The position numbers and the translations under genes were made by a program. Below are positions 49,828-59,056 of a stretch of DNA of 64,000 nucleotides, one piece after another. The notes under the pieces were generated by a model. It was not told the origin of the DNA, searched no databases, and saw only the letters and a list, made by a program, of their open reading frames with translations. Source of the DNA: Candidatus Kuenenia stuttgartensis (GTDB lineage Bacteria > Planctomycetota > Planctomycetia > Pirellulales > UBA1268); NCBI GenBank assembly GCA_945891385.1, contig CAMDDJ010000005.1, positions 5,819 to 69,818 of the forward strand, read 5' to 3'. Position 1 is the first letter of the stretch. Every line of letters starts with the position of its first letter.

Positions 49828-50961
49828 TTGATCCGCGCGATAACGCCGTCTCTGGATGCGATTCGTGAGAAAGTGGAGAACGGAGAGCGGCTTACGGCTG
49901 CCGAAGCGGAGTCTCTCTGGGATCCAGCCATCGACCTTCACGAACTGGGGGAACTGGCAAATCTCGTCCGCGAGCGAAAGAACGGTAATTTCGCCTACTA
50001 CAACATCAACACCCACCTAAACCCCACCAACGTGTGCGTCTATCGCTGCACATTCTGCGCGTTCCGAGCCGACCTCCGAGACGTGCGGGGCTATGTGATG
50101 AGCGACGAGCAGATCCTGGCCCGGGGCCGAGAAGCGGTCGAGGCGGGTTCGACGGAGATGCACATCGTCGGCGGCCTCCATCACCAGAAAGACTACGACT
50201 GGTATCTGAACCTGATCCGCATCCTGCATGACGCCTACCCGGCCCTGCACCTCAAGGCCTGGACGCCGGTCGAAATCAACTGGTTTTGCCACCTGACCAA
50301 GCGGAGCATCCGCGACATCCTCGTCGAACTCAAGGATGCCGGCCTCGGTAGCCTGCCCGGAGGCGGGGCCGAAATCTTCCATCCGGAGATTCGCGACAAG
50401 ATCTGCGAGCACAAGGCCGACACCAAGGAATGGTTTGATATCCATCGCACGGCGCACGAACTCGGGCTCCGCAGCAACGCCACGATGCTCTACGGTCACA
50501 TCGAGAATGCCTACCACCGCACCGATCATCTCGTGCGGCTGCGGGAACTCCAGGATGAGACCGGCGGCTTCCAGACCTTCATTCCGCTCGCGTTCCACCC
50601 AGACAACACCCGGCTTTCACACATCCCCAAGCCGTCGCCGGCCATGAGCCTGCGGACGATGGCGATCAGCCGGCTGGTGCTCGACAACTTCGACCACATG
50701 AAGGCCTACTGGATCATGCTCGGCATCGGCACGGCCCAGGCCGCCCTCGCCTACGGAGCCGACGACCTCGACGGCACGGTGCGGCACGAACTCATCTACC
50801 ACGACGCCGGGGCGACGACACCCGAGGTTCTGTCGGTCGATGACATCACCCGGTTGATCCGCGAGGCGGGCCGCGAGCCGGTGGAGCGCGACACGCTCTA
50901 TCACCGCGTGGAACGAACCGGAGCCACCTGGCGGACCATGGAGCCGATCTATCAGGGTTGA
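49828..50961 (+). CDS. radical SAM enzyme of the futalosine pathway (MqnE/MqnC family)
   Basis: CVYRCTFCAF (CxxxCxxC) cluster motif. TTG start follows GAGGAG. I cannot separate MqnE from MqnC by eye. Confidence 0.85.
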   Translation: MIRAITPSLDAIREKVENGERLTAAEAESLWDPAIDLHELGELANLVRERKNGNFAYYNINTHLNPTNVCVYRCTFCAFRADLRDVRGYVMSDEQILARGREAVEAGSTEMHIVGGLHHQKDYDWYLNLIRILHDAYPALHLKAWTPVEINWFCHLTKRSIRDILVELKDAGLGSLPGGGAEIFHPEIRDKICEHKADTKEWFDIHRTAHELGLRSNATMLYGHIENAYHRTDHLVRLRELQDETGGFQTFIPLAFHPDNTRLSHIPKPSPAMSLRTMAISRLVLDNFDHMKAYWIMLGIGTAQAALAYGADDLDGTVRHELIYHDAGATTPEVLSVDDITRLIREAGREPVERDTLYHRVERTGATWRTMEPIYQG

Positions 50962-51090
50962 CGCCCTGCCGGAGCGGCCCCGGCCAAATCAGGCGAGTGA
51001 AGACGGTCTCGCGCTGCTCGTGCCAGGAACCCCGCAATCTTCCGCGGGGTATACTCGAGACTCGGAAACGCCGCCGCCGGGAACTCGCCC

Positions 51091-51849
51091 ATGTGGATTT
51101 TGCCGTGGCTTGCAGGAGCAACGCTCTGCTGCACCGTGGCCACCGCCCAGACTCTGGAAGCCCAGGCGACCGAGTTTCTGAGGCAAGGCCGGCTGGCGGA
51201 AGCGGACGTGGTCGCCAAGCAGTTGGTGGAGGAAGCGACCACGCAGAATGGGCCGGAACATCCGACCACGGCCCGCTGCCTCAACGACCTCGGCTTCATG
51301 TACTACAGCCACGCCAAATACCCCGAGGCTGAAACCTACTATTCCCAAGCTCTCGCCATCCAAGAGAAGGCGATCGAACCGGATCACCCGGACTTGATCC
51401 GCAGCTTGAACAACATCTCGATGCTCTACCTGAAGCAGGAGAAATACGCCGCGGCGGAGCCCTTCGTGAAGCGGGTTCTGGAGATCCAGGAGAAGAAACA
51501 CGGCCCGGAGCACGTAACAACAGCCGTGTGCCTGAGCAACCTGGCGGCTCTGTATGACAAGCAGGGCAGGCTCGATGAGGCCGAAGTTCTCTGCAGACGA
51601 GCCCTGGCCATCTTCGACAAGACCTACGGCCCTGACCATAAAGCCACGGCGTTGAGCCTGAGCAACCTCGCCATCTTGTCCCAAAAGCAGGGCAAGTTCG
51701 ACGAGGCTGAGCCTCTCTTCAAGCGGGCGATCGTGATCCTGGAGAAACTGCTGGGGCCAAACGATCCGAACACGAAGAACGTGAGAGATGCGTTTGCGGC
51801 GATGCAATTCAAGCGGGACTGGGGCAAGGTTACGCCGAGCCCGCAATGA
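51091..51849 (+). CDS. tetratricopeptide repeat protein (TPR_10/12, kinesin-light-chain-like) with signal peptide
   Basis: Five tandem ~42-aa repeats of the type A..YE.AL.I.EK..GP.HP.TA..LNNLA.LY. GC is lower than in the flanks. Confidence 0.75.
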   Translation: MWILPWLAGATLCCTVATAQTLEAQATEFLRQGRLAEADVVAKQLVEEATTQNGPEHPTTARCLNDLGFMYYSHAKYPEAETYYSQALAIQEKAIEPDHPDLIRSLNNISMLYLKQEKYAAAEPFVKRVLEIQEKKHGPEHVTTAVCLSNLAALYDKQGRLDEAEVLCRRALAIFDKTYGPDHKATALSLSNLAILSQKQGKFDEAEPLFKRAIVILEKLLGPNDPNTKNVRDAFAAMQFKRDWGKVTPSPQ

Positions 51850-51902
51850 GCCCTCTGTGGGCCGGCCCGGCTCCCGCCGCCAGCCGCCCGGCGGACACCT
51901 TG

Positions 51903-52736
51903 TCAGAACCGCCAGCCGGCTCCGGCATCCACGAAGTAGCCCGCCGCGTCGCGGGTGAGGCCCCAGCCCATGCGGCAGCCGATCTCGAACGACGGCGTCA
52001 GCATGAAGTGGGTACCCGGGCCGGCAAACGGCTGCACCTTGTCGTTGGCCAGGCCCTGCGTCCAGCTGCCAAACCACTCGGCATGGACCTCCCAGCGATC
52101 CGTCACCGGCATCCGCAGTACCGTCGACGGCATCCAGCGGTCGAACCAGCCCTCCTCGCTCTCGGCACGGGCATACCGAATCGCGGTGTCAAACCTCCAC
52201 TCGGCGGGCAACTCCCAGCCAAACGTGTAGGTAGCCGAAGGTTCGGTGCCCCAGATGTCGCCGGCAACGGGCGTGAACGCCTCCACGATGGCCGCACTCC
52301 GGGGCATCCAGCCTGCCTGGTCGGTGACTCGGAGCTTGCATCCGTAGAGCAGATTCGCCTCCTCTGTTCCGGCCTGGCCCTCCGGCGGCTCACCGACTTC
52401 AACGGCTGCAACGACGCTCCCCCCGGAGTTCTGCTCAAAGTTGAAGCCAAGCCGCCATTCGAAGCGTTCGCGCACGCCAAGCCTCACGAGCAGCTCCGGG
52501 AAGCTGTTCGTGGCCGGCAGACCGCGGTTGTCGATCCACACGTACGACGCTTCGGTCAGCACGGTGCCCACCTTCGCGGTCGTGGTCGCAGGCGTGAAGG
52601 CGTCTCGATCGGTGTCGAGTTCATGAAACTCCGCCCCGCTGAGCGGCGCGAGGCAGGCAAGCCATGTCATCACGACGACCGCAGTCGGCCTTCCGAGCCC
52701 CGTGATGTCCTTCGGCCGAGAGGTCATGGCTCCCAT
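51903..52736 (-). CDS. outer-membrane beta-barrel protein (MetA-pathway/transporter-like)
   Basis: Signal peptide after MGAMTSRPKD...VVVMTWLACLAPLSGAE, alternating beta-strand pattern, and a C-terminal GWRF. Confidence 0.6.
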   Translation of the reverse strand: MGAMTSRPKDITGLGRPTAVVVMTWLACLAPLSGAEFHELDTDRDAFTPATTTAKVGTVLTEASYVWIDNRGLPATNSFPELLVRLGVRERFEWRLGFNFEQNSGGSVVAAVEVGEPPEGQAGTEEANLLYGCKLRVTDQAGWMPRSAAIVEAFTPVAGDIWGTEPSATYTFGWELPAEWRFDTAIRYARAESEEGWFDRWMPSTVLRMPVTDRWEVHAEWFGSWTQGLANDKVQPFAGPGTHFMLTPSFEIGCRMGWGLTRDAAGYFVDAGAGWRF

Positions 52737-52896
52737 GGTTTCGGCACGACCGAGCCACAGGGTGCAAACTGCCGGCCAGAAACGGCTGTTCGGCCCCATG
52801 CGGCCCGACGGTCTCGGAAGCCTGGAGAAAACGGGCATGATGCGGCGGCTGCCACGCCAGCGCCAACCGAACTGCGGCTGCGGAGGTGTCCCACCG

Positions 52897-53487
52897 TCAC
52901 TCCAGTTGGCCGTCGACGGCCAACTGGTGGAAGTAGTGGGGCACCTTCGCCTGGTTGGCCAGCAGCCACTCGATCGTGGGCTCGTGTCGCATCGCCTTGC
53001 CGATCGCTTTCGCGGTGGCTTCGCGGTTGGTCCGAAACAGCACCTCCGGATCGTAGGCCGCGTCCACAATTCCCGGGTCGAGCCAGACCGAGACGATGAT
53101 CCCGATCTCGTTGACCTTCTTCTTCGGGATGGCACCCGCCCGAACGGCATCGAGCACCCCATGGGCGATCGCCGCCTGAACGGTGCCCATCAGGATGTTG
53201 GTGTACTTCGAGTTGTTGACGGTGACCTTGCTCACCATCAGCGTCGCGGGCCGAACCTGGACGTCGGAGTTGAGGATCGCGAACACCCGAGTGTGGCCCT
53301 TGGTCTGGTCGCCGAGCAGGTTCGCGATCGCGTAACCCACCGGCCCGTCGAGTTCGCCCACCACGACCTCCGGCTCGGCGGCGCTCCAGGCCTCGTCGGC
53401 CTCAACAAGTGCCTCTCCGGTCCGCAGACCAATTCGGCCGCCGGCAGCCTTGAGCTTGCCCTTGGCATCCTGCTTCTTCTTCGCCAT
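52897..53487 (-). CDS. formaldehyde-activating enzyme (Fae) family protein
   Basis: Aligns by eye with Methylobacterium Fae: GEALV, P.TLM..KVT.N, Q.A.AHGV.DAV..G.IP, V.VW. It has a Lys-rich N-terminal extension. The alternative start at 53520 adds 11 aa. Confidence 0.68.
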   Translation of the reverse strand: MAKKKQDAKGKLKAAGGRIGLRTGEALVEADEAWSAAEPEVVVGELDGPVGYAIANLLGDQTKGHTRVFAILNSDVQVRPATLMVSKVTVNNSKYTNILMGTVQAAIAHGVLDAVRAGAIPKKKVNEIGIIVSVWLDPGIVDAAYDPEVLFRTNREATAKAIGKAMRHEPTIEWLLANQAKVPHYFHQLAVDGQLE

Positions 53488-53579
53488 GCCCGCTGCTTCT
53501 CCTGGGTTGTGAACGGGCATTCCGAGGCCCGGTCGCCGACCAGCATAGCGGCAACGCGCATCCCGTTCGAAGCGTGCGA

Positions 53580-54425
53580 TCAGGCCACGCGGGGCGTGTC
53601 GGCGAGGGAGAGGTTCGGGGCGAGCATCGCGGCGATCGCCGGCTCGAAAAGGGTGTCGGCCGCTGCCGGCTCCTCCTGCACCGTCGGCTGGCCCTCCAGC
53701 CAGGTGTGATCGACCAGCTCGATCCGGCCGTCGAGGTGCTCGACGAGCGCCGTGCAGTGCTCCATCCAGTCACCGCAGTTGAAGTACTCGACGCCGTCGA
53801 TCTGCCGGATCGCCGGCACGTGGATGTGGCCGCAGATCACCCCCGTGCAGCCCTTCTTCTTGGTGTAGCGGGCCACGAAGTGCTCGAAATCGTTGATGAA
53901 GTTCACCGCCCGCTTCACCTTGCTCTTGAGCAGCGAGGAGAACGACCAATAGGGATAGCCGAGCGACCGGCGGGCGATGTTCATCCACTTGTTGAGGTGC
54001 AGGGCCAGGGTGTAGGCCCGGTCGCCGAGGTGATAGACCCAGGCGGCATGCTTCGTGAGATGGTCGAAGAAGTCGCCGTGGATCACGAGCAGCCGGCGGC
54101 CGTCTGCCGTTTCGTGGATGCACAGGTCGACGAGCTCCATGTGGCCGAAGGCCTGGGGGGAGAAGGTGCGGAGAAACTCGTCGTGATTGCCCGTGACGTA
54201 GACGATTCGGGTGCCGCGCTTGAGCATCCCCAGGATTCGGCGGACTACGAAGCTCGACGTATCGGTCCAGTAGAACGACCGCTTCAGCTTCCAGCCGTCG
54301 ATGATGTCGCCGACGAGATAGAGCCGGTCAGGCTCGATCCGGCCGAGAAAGGCGAACAGTTCCTCGGCCCGAGAAAATCGGCACCCGAGATGGACGTCGG
54401 AGATAAAAAGGGAACGAACCCGCAT
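53580..54425 (-). CDS. UDP-2,3-diacylglucosamine diphosphatase-like metallophosphoesterase (LpxH family)
   Basis: SDVHLG, VGDIIDGW, GNHD and GHIH motifs. Confidence 0.8.
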   Translation of the reverse strand: MRVRSLFISDVHLGCRFSRAEELFAFLGRIEPDRLYLVGDIIDGWKLKRSFYWTDTSSFVVRRILGMLKRGTRIVYVTGNHDEFLRTFSPQAFGHMELVDLCIHETADGRRLLVIHGDFFDHLTKHAAWVYHLGDRAYTLALHLNKWMNIARRSLGYPYWSFSSLLKSKVKRAVNFINDFEHFVARYTKKKGCTGVICGHIHVPAIRQIDGVEYFNCGDWMEHCTALVEHLDGRIELVDHTWLEGQPTVQEEPAAADTLFEPAIAAMLAPNLSLADTPRVA

Positions 54426-54560
54426 CCCAAGGGCTCCGTCGATTCGAGGAGGCCCGCCGCGTCGACCGCGATCGGGACTGCCGTCCCTGGAAACCGTACC
54501 GTCCGCATCGGCAAATCGGCAGCGCGAAAAGCCGTGAGAATTCGATGAGGGCAGGTCGTC

Positions 54561-56747
54561 TCAGCCCACCTGGCCGAGGCCGAGCATCTCGCCCCAGCGG
54601 TCGATCACGAGCTTCCGCAGCCGGTCGTACTTCGGATCGGCGAGCTCCGGGGCGGTCTCGAAGATCGCCAGGGCGTCGCGCCGGGCCTCTGCCACCACGG
54701 CCCCGTCGCGAAGAAGGTCGGCCAGGTAGAGCGGCGGGGCGCCGCTCTGCCGGGTGCCCACCAAGTCGCCGGGGCCCCGCAGCCGCAGGTCCTGCTCGGC
54801 CAGGTCGAAGCCATCGCAGCTGGCGACGAAGGCATCCACCCGGGGATGGGGCTCGTCGCCCGAGCCGGTCACCGCCCCGCAGATGCCGCGAGTGGGACCG
54901 CGGGCCACCCGGCCGCGGAGCTGGTGGAGCTGGGCCAGGCCGAACGACTCGGCGTCGAGGATCGTCATGAGTGTGGCGGCCGGCACGTCGATGCCCACCT
55001 CGATCACGCTCGTCGCCACGAGCACGTCGAGCCGGCCGGCCCGGAAGTCTTCCATGATGCCCGCCTTCGCGACCGGTTTGAGCCGGCCATGCACGAGGCC
55101 CAGCCGAAAGGCTTCCAAGGGCCCGTTGGCCAGCTCCTCGAACGCCGAGGAAATGCTCGCCAGATCCCGCTTCGACTCCTCCACCGATGGCACCACCACA
55201 TAGCCTTGGCGACCGGCGGTGAGCTTGCCCCGGAAAAACTCCCACCAGCGGTCGAGTTCCGCCGGCGTCACCCGGTAGGTGGCCACCGGCTGGCGACCCG
55301 GCGGCTGGCCGTCGAGCACGGAGATGTCGAGGTCGCCGTAGACCGCATGGGCGATCGTGCGGGGAATCGGCGTGGCCGTCATCACCAGCGTGTGCGGCTC
55401 GGCCTCGCCCTGCTGGAGCACCGCCCGCTGGAGCACCCCGAAGCGATGCTGCTCGTCGATCACCACGAGACCGAGCTGGCGAAACCTCGCCCCGCCACAG
55501 ACAAGGGCCTGGGTGCCCACCACGATGTCGGTCTGACCCGCGGCGATCCGGCCAAGAATCTTCTCCCGCTGCTTCGCCGTCTGCCCGCCCACGAGGAGCT
55601 GCACCTCGACGCCGCTGCCGGCGAGCAGCCGCTCGAGGCCCGCGAAGTGCTGCCGGGCGAGCAACTCCGTCGGAGCCATGATCGCGGCCTGGTAGCGGGC
55701 CGGCCTCGCGCCGGATGCGGACTCCACGGTGGCCGGCTCACCAGGGGCTGCCTCCGCCGCGGCCGCCTCTCCCGCGACGCTAGCAGGCTTCACCGGCGTG
55801 GCCACCGCGGCGAGCATGGCATAGGTCGCCACGGCCGTCTTGCCGCTGCCCACGTCGCCTTGGAGCAGGCGGTTCATCGGCTCGGATCTCGCCAGGTCGG
55901 TCGCGATCTCGCCGCAGACCTTCCGCTGCGCCGCCGTGAACTCGAAGGGAAACCGGGCCCGGATCCGGGCATCGAGCCGGGCGTCAACGGCGATCGCCGG
56001 GGCGGCATGGGCCCGCTTCTGCTGACCGCGGTGCATTCGCAGGGCCAGCTGGAGCATCAGCAGCTCCTGATAGACGAACCGGCGGTGGGCCGCCGTGATC
56101 ATCTCGGCGCTGGCCGGACAATGGATCTGCCGCAGAGCCTCGTCGATCGGCAGGAGATGCTTCTCGGCGAGCGTCTCCGGCGGCAATGCCTCGGGAACGA
56201 TCGTCGCGGCATGATCGAGCGCCGCCTGCACGGCCAGCCGCACGTGTGACTGCTGCACGCCCTCGGCCAGGGGATAGATCGCCAGCCACTCCGAGGCGTG
56301 GGCCTGCTCGTCGGCGGTGAGCCAGCGGACTTCCGGATGGGCAAACTCCCAGCCCTGCCGGCCGCGGCGGGGCTGGCCGGCGATGACCACCCGCATCCCA
56401 GGCTCGAATCGCTTGGCCATGAAGGGCATGTTGAACCAGATGGCCTTGACCCGGTCGCCTGCTGCGGCCTCGATCGTGACGGTCAGCATCGCCCGGCCCT
56501 GGAAGGTGGTGCGGCTGGCGACGTCGGTCACCAGACCGGCCACCGACGCATGTTCTCCCTCGACCAGATCGGCGATCGCATGGGCCCCCGAGAAGTCCTT
56601 GTAGTCTCGAGGAAAGTGCATCAAGGCGTCGCGGACGGTCATGAGTCCCAGCTTCGCCAGCCGCTCGGCCCGGGCCGTGCCCACCCCCGGCAGCCGCTCG
56701 AGTCGGGTCGTGAGGCTCGGCTCGGCGGTGTTCGGCAAGGCTTCCAT
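54561..56747 (-). CDS. recG: ATP-dependent DNA helicase RecG
   Basis: Wedge domain, GDVGSGKT and DEQHRFG motifs. Start MEALPNT at 56747. Confidence 0.9.
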   Translation of the reverse strand: MEALPNTAEPSLTTRLERLPGVGTARAERLAKLGLMTVRDALMHFPRDYKDFSGAHAIADLVEGEHASVAGLVTDVASRTTFQGRAMLTVTIEAAAGDRVKAIWFNMPFMAKRFEPGMRVVIAGQPRRGRQGWEFAHPEVRWLTADEQAHASEWLAIYPLAEGVQQSHVRLAVQAALDHAATIVPEALPPETLAEKHLLPIDEALRQIHCPASAEMITAAHRRFVYQELLMLQLALRMHRGQQKRAHAAPAIAVDARLDARIRARFPFEFTAAQRKVCGEIATDLARSEPMNRLLQGDVGSGKTAVATYAMLAAVATPVKPASVAGEAAAAEAAPGEPATVESASGARPARYQAAIMAPTELLARQHFAGLERLLAGSGVEVQLLVGGQTAKQREKILGRIAAGQTDIVVGTQALVCGGARFRQLGLVVIDEQHRFGVLQRAVLQQGEAEPHTLVMTATPIPRTIAHAVYGDLDISVLDGQPPGRQPVATYRVTPAELDRWWEFFRGKLTAGRQGYVVVPSVEESKRDLASISSAFEELANGPLEAFRLGLVHGRLKPVAKAGIMEDFRAGRLDVLVATSVIEVGIDVPAATLMTILDAESFGLAQLHQLRGRVARGPTRGICGAVTGSGDEPHPRVDAFVASCDGFDLAEQDLRLRGPGDLVGTRQSGAPPLYLADLLRDGAVVAEARRDALAIFETAPELADPKYDRLRKLVIDRWGEMLGLGQVG

Positions 56748-56760
56748 GAAGCCCAGGATT

Positions 56761-57240
56761 CTACCGCCGCAGGTCGGCCTGGAGCTGCTTGTAGGCCTCG
56801 ACCGCCATCCGGTCGCAGGCCTCGTTTTCCGGGTGCCCAGAATGCCCGGCGACGTGGGAGAAGCGGATCGTGTGGGCCGACGCCAGCCGGTCGAGTTCCC
56901 GCCAGAGGTCCTCATTCTTGACCGGCACGAACTTCCCTTTCTCCTTCCGCCGCCAACCCTGGGCCTTCCACTTGGGCATCCACTCCGAAAGCCCGGTGCC
57001 CACGTAGACGCTGTCGGTGACAAGTTCCACCTTCGTCGGCCGCTTGAGCTGCGCGAGACCGCGGACGACGGCCGTCAGCTCCATGCGATTGTTCGTGGTG
57101 TCGGGCTCGGCCCCGGAATCGGCCAGCTCCTTGCCGGTGCCCGGATGCCGCAGGATGAAGGCCCAGCCCCCCGGGCCCGGATTGCCGCTGCAGGCGCCAT
57201 CGGTGAAGAGCACGACTTCGGAGGCGGGTTCAGCGGGCAT
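56761..57240 (-). CDS. rnhA: ribonuclease HI
   Basis: TDGACSGNPGPGGW, NNRMEL and DSVYV motifs. Confidence 0.9.
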   Translation of the reverse strand: MPAEPASEVVLFTDGACSGNPGPGGWAFILRHPGTGKELADSGAEPDTTNNRMELTAVVRGLAQLKRPTKVELVTDSVYVGTGLSEWMPKWKAQGWRRKEKGKFVPVKNEDLWRELDRLASAHTIRFSHVAGHSGHPENEACDRMAVEAYKQLQADLRR

Positions 57241-57282
57241 GAAAGCCTTTCGTGATGCGTGGGGCCCCGACCCGGCCGGCGC

Positions 57283-58998
57283 TCAGGCCACGCCCCGGGC
57301 GACGGCATCGAGCCGGGCATCGTCGGCTTCGTCGAGCTCCAATTGCAAGGGCAGCCGCACGGTAAAGCGGCTGCCCCGGCCGAGCTGGCTCTCGAGAGCC
57401 ACATCGCCGCCGAGCAGCCGGCAGAGTTCCCGCACGATCGAGAGGCCCAGGCCTGTGCCGGAAAACTCACGGGTCATGGCATCATCCCGCCGAAACGCGT
57501 TCCCCTGGCGAAACTTCTCGAAGATCGTCTGCTGCTCGTCGGCGGCGATCCCCACGCCCGTGTCGGCCACCTCCAGGAGAAACTCCCGCGGCGGCCCCCC
57601 TCCGGCCGGCTCCGCCAGTCGCCCGATCACGTCGACCCGTCCCCCCTCGGGCGTGAACTTCACGGCGTTGGAGAGCAGATTGGCCAGGATCTGCTGCACC
57701 TTGGCCTGGTCCTGCTCGATCGCGTCCAGCCCGGGGCCGATCTCGAAGGCCAGCTCGATGTGCCGCTTTTCCGCCAAGGGGCGGGCCATGTCGCACTGGG
57801 CGCTCACCACCGCCTCCAGCCGAAACACCGTCGGCCTGACTTTCATCTTGCCCGCTTCGATCTTCGCCAGGTCGAGAATGTCGTTGATCATTTCCAGAAG
57901 CATCCGCCCGGAGGTGCGGATGTTCTCGACGTACCGCCGCTGCTTGGCGTCGAGCGACTCGATCGAGCCAAGCACGTCGGAGAAGCCGATGATGCTATTG
58001 AGCGGCGTGCGAAGTTCGTGGCTCATCGTGGCCAGGAAGTCGCCCTTGAGGCGGTTCATCTCGTAGAGGTTGAGGTTCGCCTGGGCCAACTCGTCCACCT
58101 TCTCGTCGAGCGTGTGATTGGCGGTGCGGAGCTCCTGCTCGGTGTCGATCAGTCCGCGGAGCATCCGATTGAAGGCCACGCCCAATTCCTCGAATTCGTC
58201 GGCGGTGTGGATGTCGGCCCGGGCCTCGACGTTACCCCGCCGAACCTCGTCGGTGACGTCGCGAAGGTGCTCGAGCGGCTTCACGATCACGTAGCGCACG
58301 ATCGCGTAGGCCACGAGCATCGCGAGAAAGACCGTGATGATGGCGGTGGCGAGCAGGATCGACCGGTTCCAGTTGATCGCCTTGCGGGTGGCGGCATCGG
58401 GCATCACAAGCTTGACGACGGCCATCAGGTCGCCCTCGGCGTACCGCGGCCGCTCACTGCCACCGGCTGCCGCCGGCCCCCGGTACTCGTGGCAGAGCCC
58501 GCAGTCCTGGCGAAACCGGATCGGTTGGTAGTAGTGGTATTCCGAGTTGTCTTCGGTCCGGAAGTCGCGGCATTCCACCGTGCCCGCGGCGGCCCCGAGT
58601 GCCGCCGTCGGCTGCGGCAGCGATGGCGTCTCCTGCTCAAAGGCCTCGAGCACCGCCCGGTCGAGCCGCTTGTAGGCAGCCTGCTCCTCGGGCGAAGCGT
58701 CAGGCTTCAGCAGCCGCCATTGATACTTCTCCCGCGCGAGCCGCTTCTCGAGGCTCTCGATCGTGCTCGCGTATTGCTGCTCCTTCTCCAGGGCCTTCCA
58801 GTGCACCTGGAGCATGACGGCGTCGACCACGTGCCTCCCCGTGGCCCGACTGCTCGAATACACGAGCTGCTCCGTCCGGTTGCCATACCACCAGAAGCTG
58901 CCCGCGATCAGCACGAACAGGCAGAGGCCGAACAGGAAGCGGACCTTCCGTTCGAGGCTCGTCTCGCCGAGGATGTCGCGGAGGGATCGGTAGGACAT
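57283..58998 (-). CDS. sensor histidine kinase with haem-c-type (CxxCH) periplasmic sensor, HAMP, HisKA, HATPase
   Basis: Two TM helices flank a sensor domain containing CGLCH (DUF3365-like). There is a HAMP domain, an H-box MSHELRTPLN, and N/G boxes (GTGLGLSI). No adjacent response regulator. Confidence 0.85.
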   Translation of the reverse strand: MSYRSLRDILGETSLERKVRFLFGLCLFVLIAGSFWWYGNRTEQLVYSSSRATGRHVVDAVMLQVHWKALEKEQQYASTIESLEKRLAREKYQWRLLKPDASPEEQAAYKRLDRAVLEAFEQETPSLPQPTAALGAAAGTVECRDFRTEDNSEYHYYQPIRFRQDCGLCHEYRGPAAAGGSERPRYAEGDLMAVVKLVMPDAATRKAINWNRSILLATAIITVFLAMLVAYAIVRYVIVKPLEHLRDVTDEVRRGNVEARADIHTADEFEELGVAFNRMLRGLIDTEQELRTANHTLDEKVDELAQANLNLYEMNRLKGDFLATMSHELRTPLNSIIGFSDVLGSIESLDAKQRRYVENIRTSGRMLLEMINDILDLAKIEAGKMKVRPTVFRLEAVVSAQCDMARPLAEKRHIELAFEIGPGLDAIEQDQAKVQQILANLLSNAVKFTPEGGRVDVIGRLAEPAGGGPPREFLLEVADTGVGIAADEQQTIFEKFRQGNAFRRDDAMTREFSGTGLGLSIVRELCRLLGGDVALESQLGRGSRFTVRLPLQLELDEADDARLDAVARGVA

Positions 58999-59056
58999 GG
59001 GCGGCTCTTCGCCACCATCCTACCCCGTCATCGTCCGGGCGTCGGTCCGTGAATCG

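Noticed and set aside
51029-51054. Hairpin CCCCGC-8 nt-GCGGGG followed by TATACT upstream of the TPR gene as a promoter/attenuator
   Set aside because: No convincing -35 element lies at the right spacing, and the evidence is too thin to report as a feature.
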